Part shown: piece after piece, positions 53,244 to 64,000 of the stretch
How positions within the stretch are numbered: the first letter of the stretch is position 1
Layout of the letters: every line of letters begins with the position of its first letter
Assembly: GCF_006345805.1 (NCBI RefSeq)
Contig: NC_043008.1
Coordinates: 27,838,001-27,902,000 of the forward strand
Length of the DNA stretch: 64,000 nt
Reading direction: 5' to 3'
Source of the DNA: Octopus sinensis
Lineage: Eukaryota
The notes under the pieces: generated by a model
Database searches by the model: none
The model's input: only the letters and a program-made list of their open reading frames with translations
Told to the model about the DNA's origin: nothing
Translations under genes and position numbers: made by a program

Positions 53244-53274
<31 letters not shown>

Positions 53275-53366
53275 TAATAATAATAATAATATAATATAAT
53301 AATAATAATAATAATATAATAATAATAATAATATAATAATAATAATAATAATAACAATAATAATAA

Positions 53367-54448
53367 GATTGGAAGTGTTATCATGTACATTGTTTTGTCT
53401 TGGTATAAAAGATGGGCTACAGCAAATATTCTGCTCAATACCACAGATTTGCTTGGTCAGTTGTTTGACTTTAATCAGTTGAGCATGTCCCTTAGTGGCT
53501 GACGATATGTGCATCTCTGATCACGAGCAGAAGTAGTGGGGGAGCATCATAGCCATGTGTTGAGAGGGATTCTTTGTGGTTTGAATAATTCACCTCTGGA
53601 AACATGGGTGGTTCTTTCAACATCCTTAAGCAACCCTTATTCAGGGAGCTTTTGAGCGGGATGGGTTACTCGACCAGACGAAAATTCTAACTGGGCGCCA
53701 CCTACTAGGTAATGTGCTGTTCATCTTGATATGAGATCACCATGTCGCGCACATATGGTTGTGATGCATGTGCCTGGTATATCTTTATCAGACGGGTAGT
53801 CATGATGGGTATATTGGGCTTCGTATATTTTACCCCAGTGTCACTTTGATGGCATGCACTGCTCTCTCACTCAATAATAATAATAATAATAATAATTCTC
53901 TGCTGTAGTACTAGTGAATGGCTCTCGTTGCTTCTGATCTTAATTGGTTGGACGTGTTATCATGTACATTGTTTTGTCTTGGTATAAAAGATGGGTTACA
54001 GCAAATATTCTGCTCAATACCACATATTTACTTATCAATTGTTTGACCTTAAGAGTTGAGCATGCCCCTTAGTGACTGACGATATGTGCATCTCTGATCA
54101 CGAGCAGATGTGGTAGAGGAGCATCATAGTCATGCGTTGAGAAGGATCTTGGGGGTTTGAATACTTCGCCTCTGGAAACATTGGTATTTCATTCTACATC
54201 CTTAAGCAACCCTTATTCAGGGAGCTTTTGAGCGGGATGGGTTACTCGACCAGAAGAAAATTCTAACTGGGCGCCACCTGCAAGGTAATGTGCTGTTCAT
54301 CTTGATATGAGATCACCCTGTTGCGCACATATGGTTGTGATGCATGTGCCTAGTATACCCTTATCAGACGGGTAGTCATGATAGGTATACTGGACTTCGT
54401 ATATTTTAGCCCAGTGTCACTTTGATGGCCTGCACTGCTCTATCACGC
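53367..54448 (+). mobile_element. Two tandem copies (53367-53872 and 53897-54448) of a ~500-bp non-coding retroposon 3' segment, each ending in (AAT)n
   Basis: Copies align throughout, have different 5' truncation points and the same 3' end (..TGCACTGCTCT(C/A)TCAC(T/G)C-AATAAT). Confidence 0.8.
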
Positions 54449-54485
54449 AATAATGATAATAATGATGATAATAATAATAATAATG

Positions 54486-54562
<77 letters not shown>

Positions 54563-54849
54563 CTCTGGATTGAATTTATATGCATTTTAATGCCTCGCTA
54601 CGTGCGTTACCACAACTCACATGCTTCTTACGATCATAATCCATACTCCTGGGTTGATTTCATTACAATCCTCAATATTCATAGCCATCAGTTGGAAGCA
54701 ATGTATGTATATAATGGCGGTGCGCCAGCATGGCCACAGCTCATAACCTGAAACTAGAATCAATCAATCAATCAATCATATGTATGTATTTTTGAACATC
54801 ACTGAAAAATATTTCCAGTTATTTTGAAATGTAAAACTTTGTCAAAAAT

Positions 54850-55800
54850 CCAATAAGTTCAGGCACAAGTTACAGACACACATCTAACCTTTCAAAACAT
54901 CAGTCAACAAGTCTATTAAAGCAGACAAATCAAAGCTCTTAATGAAGTAAACAGCTACACGTACAATTTGCTAACTGATAAAATAACAAAACATGCAAGA
55001 AAATAAACACTACCACTCATAATTTGATTAATGTAATAGCGAATTTTAACCATCACGTCTAAGATGCAGTAAAGCTTAACCCGCAATATCCTTTTATAAC
55101 TCTGAAAGACCATAAAGATAAATTCACTCTGAATCCTAGATGGAGATTAATAAATCCCACAAAAATTGAAATAGGAATTATCAGGAAACTATATTAGATA
55201 ATATCATACGAGATATCATAGCATACCCAAACTTACGCAACAGATATGTTGTAGTGCAAGTAAGAAAATAGAAGATAAACCCAAATGTATATATATCCAG
55301 TTTGACATCGCAGAATTTTATTTCTTGATCTTTAAAAGCTTTCTTCAAAATGTACTTCAAGGAAGTCATTACTCTTTCGTGATAATTCCTATTGGGGAAA
55401 AATGAATGGGGCGAGCTCTTGATTTAGCTATGGGGAGCTATGATGGTGCAGAGATAAATGACCTTGTACACTTTTATATCATAGATATCATTAGAAAAGA
55501 TATAAGCAAAGCCAACATTGATTTAGATAGGGACAATTGCTTGAGAGTGGTACACCATAAAAACGAACATGATATGGATAGAATAAGGGGAAAATTTTGC
55601 AAAATATTTGGTTAATTAAATCTAAGGGTTATCCATTTTGGGACGCAAGCCCCAAATGGATAGCTTCTTTCCCGGAACATGAAAATTGAATATATAAAAC
55701 ACATCAACTCCACACCCAGATGAAATATGTCCCCATGGCGAACTACCCAAGCACACAGACATACGAATATCACATAGAGCCAGAATGTAGTATAAAAGAA
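54850..55800 (+). mobile_element. Decayed Penelope-like RT of a different clade (possibly Naiad-type)
   Basis: FITLKDHKDKFTLNPRWRLINPTKIEIGII, QFDIAEFY, AMGSYDGAEINDLV, DRDNCL (degenerate YRDDGL). Confidence 0.7.
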
Positions 55801-56142
55801 TACAAACGATATTTACCATCTAAAATGAATGTTTTTCCAAGAGAGATAACTGCTCAAACGATGAATTCTAAAATTAGTGCCCTTTGACTTATTTTCTTAT
55901 TTACAAAATTCGCGGCAACCTCACGAGATTGCGTCTTGTCCAAAATGAAGAACACCACTCCTTCCTCTGATCAACTTGAATAGTTGCTAAGACATATTTT
56001 TTTGTTAACATGGAATCAATGGTAGCCTTAATACAGAAATAGAGAAATTCCATAACACCAATGCAGTGTTCAACACTTATTCTCATCGTTCGACATTTAC
56101 ATACATATATACATACACATATATACATATACATATATACAT

Positions 56143-56193
<51 letters not shown>

Positions 56194-57224
56194 TACAGAT
56201 CTATATGTACATGTATATATATGCATATATATTTACGTAAATGTGAGGATATATGAAACTTTTGAAGGGATGATTACGTCTGGTTTAAATATTATATATT
56301 TCTGGGAACGAAATTTCCCTAAGATAAATAGTTATATATTAATTATACAATTTATATTCAATGAAGAAAAGAAAATGGAGATTTAAATGTTAATAATTAA
56401 TTTACTAACTTATTGATAATCATTCCTAAAATTGTTTCATTTGATAATTAATAAATTACGAATATATGTAATGAATTTGCCTTTATAAAATATGAGCAAA
56501 ATATTATCAGGGATATATTAGACCTTAACAAATTACATGGAGAGCAACCTGTTCTTTCCAACGGACAGAACGAATTGTTGGAACGAACGATTTGTTCACC
56601 ATGTAATTCTTTAAGGTCGAATAATTCTCTGATGATATTTTGTGCATAACTTTATAACAGCAATTTTTTTACAAAGATTTATATGTTAATATAGTATTAA
56701 CCGAAACAAGTATAGGAATGATTATCAATAAGTTAATAAATTAATTATTAACCACTAATTCCATTTTCGTGTCATAATTATATAAATATATGTGTGTGTG
56801 TCTTGTATGTTATATATATACGTTTACATACACAATCATATATATGTGTGTGTGTTTGTGTTTCTTTGTATGTATGTATTTATATACAAGGGCATATGCA
56901 TATGTGCAGATATTTATGTGTTCATGATTTATTATCTCGTGAGACACTTGTTGAATATTTAGCATCCAGAGAGTTAGATTGATCTACCTTAGAGGCGGGA
57001 GTGTTTTACGTATACTCACGCCATGAGACATATCAGACCCATTATGCAAAATATTGATTCTTATCCTAATTACTTTAATTCATGTTTATGTTCTTATAAG
57101 ATGTCATTGTCTCTGATTACCTTTCCTTAATGTCAAACATAGATTTCAATGTTGTTCGATGACCAGAATGTATCATCTATTAATCAAATGATCTTTCTCT
57201 GTATCGATGTTCCTATTAATGTAT

Positions 57225-57229
57225 CTATG

Positions 57230-57262
<33 letters not shown>

Positions 57263-57263
57263 G

Positions 57264-57323
<60 letters not shown>

Positions 57324-57340
57324 GCTATCTATCTATCTAT
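57225..57340. repeat. (TCTA)n microsatellite
   Basis: Directly visible. Confidence 0.95.
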
Positions 57341-58974
57341 TTCAAATCATTTAGTTTAACTATATTAATATCATAGCAAGAACTTTAGTAATAGCTAATG
57401 GTAAACTAGGAAAAGTAGTTTCTCGAAAACTAATTCGTATTTTACCATATTTTTAGTACGCTCTTTAATATGTGCAAATTATGAAAACGTTTAATTCCTT
57501 CAAATATATATTATAACGCCATTTTGCAAATGTGCTCTTTTATCTAGTAGATTAGGTAGACGTTGACAAGTCAGCAAGGATTATGATAGTTCTTACCACA
57601 ATTATTAAATATAAAACACTACCAAGAATAAATTTTGTCGGTAATAGACATGACACAAAAGCCTTCCCTTCGAGCAGAAACGGCGTCACAAGTTTCCTGT
57701 GAAAAATGGACAAGTGTATCAATTGCGCAGAGCGAAATATAACATAAACGAATATTTGTTAACATGAAAACTATTGAAAGAGCTTTCTTTTCCTGGTTCG
57801 TGCAGGTAGCAAGTTGGTTGCGTAAGCGCTTCTTCGGAAACAATCATTGTTGATTTTTAATATTACTTCGAAGTCTTTGATAATTCGTGAAATGCCCCTT
57901 CTCAGAGTATGTAAATTATACGAGTGAGCAAATGTAAAAGGAAGAATTTACACATAATCCAAAGTGAAGCAAGTTCTGTGGTACTCTTTATTTGAGATTT
58001 GGTAGTTGCACAAACACGTTTTTTCATACCTTTGTTCCATTGTTTTAAGTAATCTTGTTTGCCAAAGGGCTACATATTTATAATCTGTCATTGCCATACG
58101 TAATTGGTTCTGCGAAGGTTTAATATGTAATATGTATTTTACGATAACGGAAGCATATATTTGAGGCCGGTGAAGTGACAGATCTTTTAGGTAATTAGGT
58201 AATATGCCTTTAAATTCTAAGTGGGAACCATTGCGTTTCAACAAAATGAATTATAGATTCGGTAAAATGAAGTACAACTCGAATTCTCTCTCTGAAATAT
58301 TTCCCATTTTTTCATATACGTCGGAATTAATTTTAGTTCGATAGATTGGGTGAATCCTAAATTAGATGGACACTGATTTACAGCAAATAATGAAATTTGT
58401 ATGCTGCAGAAATTTCCTGTGATAAGCGTTTGTCAGAGTAACCTAACTGTTCCATTCAAGAAAGAATTGGTTATAGCCCTAGAATGACTGTTTAAGTGAG
58501 ATCTCATTTATTAGAATTGACGAGTAGTATGACGCTGTCCTGTCTCAACTTGAAAATATATGATGCGGTATCTCTCAAAACATCTCAAATCCGACAATAT
58601 TTGAGCAGGATTCACCAAGGTAGCACCTGACAGTAAATTGTTCCTCTTAGTCAATTTATGGTATAACATAGGCAGATAGTTCTAAAATATAATCTGATGG
58701 CATGAGTCTTGGGCGAGACAGCATGAACATATAACATTTTAGGGCAATTTAATCCCCAAAGAGGAACAACATTCCATTTCTGGAAATAGTGCTGAGAAAA
58801 TACTTTACTTTTCATCTTTTCTGGGTAGATAAATTAAGTAGCAGTGAAACACTGGAGTCGATGTACTCGACATTTCCCCTTGTCTCAGTTTTCGGGCTTT
58901 GTGCCTTTCAAATAAAGAAATATTATTATTATTGTTTTACTTCTCAGAACGCTTGGTCGTTTTTGGTGTGGTAG

Positions 58975-59262
58975 CAGTATACTGTCAGAGGTCACACAGA
59001 ATCTCTTTCTGCACATTATAAGCTTTGATACTTGGTTGTTAATTATTGTGGGAGACATTCATCATCCAAGTACCAATCTCAAAACCTTAGTTGCCCCAGC
59101 AGAGCAATTATTTGCGATTCCATTGCTCTCAGTTCTAAATTTTCTGACATATTTATCGAAGTTGGTCGTTAGTGCACCGAGTGCTCCTACAACTACTGGA
59201 ATGAGAGACACTCATCTCATAGTCCACATTCTTGCAATTTCGTCTTTTAGCAGTCTATATTC
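58975..59262 (-). mobile_element. Dong-type LINE 3' fragment
   Basis: EYRLLKDEIARMW..IPVVVGALGALTT. Confidence 0.7.
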
Positions 59263-59305
59263 TTCTTCTTCTTCTTATTATTATTATTATTATCATTATT
59301 ATTAT

Positions 59306-59361
<56 letters not shown>

Positions 59362-59376
59362 TTGTTGTTATTATTA

Positions 59377-59429
<53 letters not shown>

Positions 59430-60330
59430 TTGTTTGCACAGTTTCTAATGCTGCAGATGTACCACAGTGTCAGCAATTCATTAATTTTCTAGCACCTTCC
59501 GAAGTATTTGAGCAGTTCCACGCAGTGCTGTTTTCTGCAATTGCTCCACCCTTATTGCAGCTCCTATTTCTTCCATATACTTCTCAAGATTTTTACTCAC
59601 TGCTCCAAGGGTTCTGACAATTTCTGGTAATACGACCACCTTTTTCATCGACCACAACTGTTTAAACTCCCAAGTTAACCTGTCATATCTCTCGACATTT
59701 CTTTCTACCACATCGCATATATTGTTGTCAGCTGGCCATGCTATAGCTATGATCCAGCAGTGTTTGCTTTATTTTTCTATTAACTCTATGTCTGGTTTCT
59801 TTTTCTCTAACTCATGGTCACACTGAATCATAAAATCTCACAGGATCTTTGTATTATCATTTTCGATGTTGCCTTCGGGTTTCTGGTCGTACCATTCTTT
59901 TGCTCTGTCAAAATCCATAATTGTTGCAAAGTGTCCAATGTTCAACCCTTGCTATATTGTCGTGGCGTCTCTTATATTCCTTCTTGGTTAATGGTATATA
60001 TTGGCTGGTAATATGCCATACGGTTACACCATTTTGTTCACAGATTCTGCACTTATCTCTTTCTGATGTGTTGTCTATTCTGTATTTTATGTAGTTTGTT
60101 CTTAATGCTTGCTCTTGGGCAGCACGGATTAGAGCCTCCGTTACCGGGGTTAAATCAATTTTAATCATCCACAGCCATCTGTTTTCACTATATGTCACCT
60201 ATTTTTTGTTTCATTCGATTTCAATTACTTGTACAGTACTTTATCTTCTTACTTCTAATAATAGCTTTTCTGTGGCATTTTTTACATACCATGCTATGTT
60301 CTTTTTTGTTTCCTTGTTTTTGTTTTGTTT
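59430..60330 (-). mobile_element. Dong-type LINE 3' portion (CCHC plus RLE)
   Basis: TEALIRAAQEQALRTN..CRICEQ..H..RRHDNIAR; KPDI; LQKTALRGTAQILRKVL; between (ATT)n tracts. Confidence 0.85.
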
Positions 60331-60405
60331 TACTATTATTATTATTATTACTTTTTTTTTCTTCTTTCAAATTTGCTTCCATTTCTTGCCGAGTGTCTTC
60401 CCGAC

Positions 60406-60458
<53 letters not shown>

Positions 60459-60469
60459 TGATGAAAACT

Positions 60470-60995
60470 CACAGCTTATTTTGCTGGCTATGATGGAATG
60501 TGTCATTCGTCCACAGCTAGCATACTAAGGTGACACTTGTTCACTGGTCATGCTTCAAGAACCCTGCGAATAATTCTTGCAGTTCTAAATGATGCTGATT
60601 TGTGTAGGTGTTCTACCTTCACACTTGCGCCGATGTTTTACAGCCATGCTGCTAGTTGGGTGACTTACATCCTTTTTTTATCAGTCATGTTGGTAGTTGA
60701 GTAGCTTGCATCGATTTTTTCCGCCACGTTGGTAGTTGGGGGGCTTGCTTCGATCTTTTTCAGCCATGTTGGTGGTTGAGTATATTATTATTTCTTTTAT
60801 CATGTAGTTAATATTCACAGCTTATTTTGTTGGACATGAAGGAAAAAGTCCGCTTTCCACAGCAAGCAGACTAAGGGGAAACTTGTTTACCGTCATGCAT
60901 TCTGCGGAGAATTCTTGAAGTTCTAAGCAATGCCGATTATTGTAGGTGTTCTACCTTTACGCTGCACCAAACATATTTTAGCCATATTGGTAGTT
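60470..60995 (-). mobile_element. Two diverged Dong-type 3' end fragments (~60470-60660 and ~60815-60995) with short internal repeats
   Basis: VKVEHLHKSASFRTARIIRRVL; CACAGCTTATTTTG and GTAGGTGTTCTACCTT are each present twice. Confidence 0.6.
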
Positions 60996-61117
60996 CAGTG
61001 CTGAACCTTAGAAGAGCACCAATTAGTATTAGTAACAAGTATACTCTCCTCATTGACCACAAACATCGTATTCCACTCTTCAGATCGTCACATTTATATT
61101 TCCTACAGTTTAATACG

Positions 61118-61175
<58 letters not shown>

Positions 61176-61650
61176 GTATATGTAAATCAAATACAAAATG
61201 GGACAAGAACGCAAAACCTCCGGACAAATTGGTGATGCAAGAAGAGACAACAAATCATGTTCTCTTATATGTAAGTACACATTTAACTAAATTATTTTAC
61301 TTCTTCAACACTCTCTCACATTTATTTGCCTTTCTTTCTTTGCACTTCACTATGTCCTTGTCTCTCTTATTTTCTCGCCACTCCTTGATTTTTCGGTCTA
61401 TGTACTGCTACACACTCTCTCTCTCTCTTCTCCCCCTCCTTAATTCCCTTTTTTTCGTTTTTACTCCCTCGTCTCTACTCACGTGACCGTTGGCCAACTG
61501 CTAGCCCTTTTTGCGTTTGACCACGGTCACTGCCACATCGATATTCTTCCCTCTGCTGTAAGGATTAATTCCCGACATGCCAGCTGAATTCAATTCGTCT
61601 CCAGTCGAAAGACGCCTGTTGTTATGTCCTGTGATTATTATTATTATTAA

Positions 61651-61701
<51 letters not shown>

Positions 61702-62077
61702 AGTATTGTGTATTTATATTCGTGTAACATCGTCTGTTTTTCCGTACTTGTTTTCGTATGCTTGTTTTTCCGTACTTGTTTTCGATGCTTTCTTCCAACG
61801 AAACTAATGCTCTTAGCTTAGTTTGTCCTTGGGACTGGCCAGATTGGAGCTAACTCAAGATTAATCAGCTGAAATTGCAAGGATGATCCGGTTCTTGACT
61901 GAAGATAAAAGGTTTCGAATGACCCGCCCGTGTATTTTGTATCGTCTGTCTGGATGTTTTTTGTCTCTTTTTGTATCACCTAGTTGTCCGGATGTTTTGC
62001 ATTCTTGTCTCATTTTGTATTTTATTTTATGTATATATATATATAGCGGCGTGCGTACACTTTGTTCTCTGATATAT

Positions 62078-62148
<71 letters not shown>

Positions 62149-62157
62149 ATATTATAT

Positions 62158-62890
62158 ATAAAATACAGTGTACATTTAAACACATGAGGAATCCACTCGT
62201 GGGATTCAACAAGCTAGAGAAAATAGCTAGGGTCCGTAACCATGAAATTAGAGATAAAATTCGACAGGAGCGAAATAAAAAATAAAAAATATTTTACCAT
62301 CTAGTTTCCTGGACCAATTTGGTTTCTGATTTTTGTTTAGCAAGTAAAATAACATATGCTTGCTAGGTGAAATCGTCCTCAGCAGGAACACCTTGGCTTA
62401 AATATTTAAACACGAGGCGATCAAATTATGTGCCTCTTGTTTATACATCCTAATCATTTCAAAATCTACCGCGCAGCCGTAGCCCTTCACCTGCAATAAA
62501 AAAAATGCCGACTTTTAAAAACCGAAAATTATCCAAAGACTTACAATACTTAATCATATGAAAGGGAAATGGAAATTAATTAAAATTTTCATTTCCAGTG
62601 GCCCAACGTGTAAAGAATTTAGTCCAAAACTATATATTAATCATATCCCTAATTTTGTGGTTATGGAAACTAGCTGTTCTTTCTAGTGCGTTGGATCCCA
62701 CGAGTGGATTCCTCATATGTTTAAATGTACATTGTATTTTATAATTTATACATAGTCTTTGGACTAAAATTTTTACACGTTGGGCCCCTGGAACTGAAAA
62801 TTTGAAGTTTTTTCATTTCGCTTTGATGTGATTAATTATTGTAAGTTTTGGGATAATTTTCGGTTTTTAAAAGTTGGCAATTTTTTATTC
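62158..62890. repeat. Interleaved inverted repeats A..B A' B'
   Basis: A 62158-62258 vs A' 62645-62743 (GGAATCCACTCGTGGGAT / ATCCCACGAGTGGATTCC); B 62495-62634 vs B' 62752-62889. Confidence 0.85.
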
Positions 62891-64000
62891 ACACGCATAA
62901 GTAGCTAGAAGGAAATTAAGATGCTTATACATACTGTAATTTATATTTACAAGTGATTCTTGGGCATTAAGTCGTTAATGAATAAATAATATATAAATTA
63001 GTAAAAAATAATATCATGAAATTCTAACTCACTGTCCCAATATTAACAAAAGTTATGCTCATATAATGAAGGAGTGAAAGCATCTATAGTAATATTTACT
63101 TCATAAAGCAGAAAATTGTTCTGCATTGTGCAAACAAGTCTTTTAGTAGAAAGTTCATTTTCAAACGAGGCTAAAATTGGTTTCTATCTCTCTCTCTCTC
63201 TCTCTCTCTCACTCTCTCTCTCTCTCCCCTCTCTCTCTCTCTCTCTCTCTCAAAAGGCTGCTTTGTACCCGGTTTCGACTCTCAAAATGACAACGCTATT
63301 TGAAATACAATTTAATGCTGTTGAAAATTTGATGAGAGATGCAGATATTTGTAATATTGGAATTTAAGGGGGAAATTGATGCCCTTGAAAGAGGAATGAT
63401 TTGGCACCACTTAGACTAGCAATAATACGACGACAATACAGCACGTGACAATACCAAATACATCAGCCATCTGTAATTTATGTGTGTTTTATAAACACAA
63501 AGCAACTGAAGGCAAATAGTCAGGTGATGTGATAGGTGCATTGAAAGAGATAATGCGCCACATTCGCATTCAAAATATCTCGAGAGCCAGACATGTTACG
63601 ATATTGTAGTGGTCTTCAAGAAAGTAGCTCTGGCTGCCAAACATTCCACCGATCTCTGTCGGAACTAAAATTATAAATCCATCAATTGTATTTAGAAAGA
63701 ATAACCGTAATTATAAAGACGTATAAAGTGGTAAATTTATGCTGAATTTTAGCGCGTATCGTTATCGAAGGAAGGTAACAGCTTCCTGGCGGTGAGAAGG
63801 ACCAATCATGATAATTGGTCTGCGAACAGTGAGGAGAGAGGGGGTTACTTTATTTTAAACCAGACACAATCCACAAGGTCACAAACCTAATTCGCCTTGC
63901 GGGAAGGGAAGAGTTGCACTTCCAGATCGAGAATAGAAAGCTACGATGTCACCTGTGTAGAGCCTACAAATTTACGGCTGCGTATATAGTCCTTTAGTGC

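Overview
AT-rich eukaryotic (animal) intronic or intergenic DNA, dense in microsatellites ((AAT)n, (TA)n, (AAG)n, (TCTA)n) and transposon relics. The SINE families and repeat landscape suggest a coleoid cephalopod (Octopus-like); this is inference. No intact host gene is demonstrable. Main elements: (1) a near-full-length R4/Dong-type RLE LINE in (AAT)n (4115-8407) with a nested RTE-type fragment, plus many smaller Dong-like relics; (2) three copies of a Tx1/L1-type APE LINE, one near full length (35545-41200), all abutting (AAT)n and lying in the opposite orientation to Dong relative to the microsatellite; (3) a Neptune-type Penelope-like element with inverted pseudo-LTRs and a second Penelope-like RT relic; (4) mariner, Chapaev3-like and Helitron remnants; (5) tRNA-derived SINEs. 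The most notable unannotated signals are several minimal type-I hammerhead-ribozyme motifs, one with a compensatory U3-A8 core, and about ten fold-back inverted repeats. All alignments and folds were done by eye and coordinates of decayed elements are approximate.
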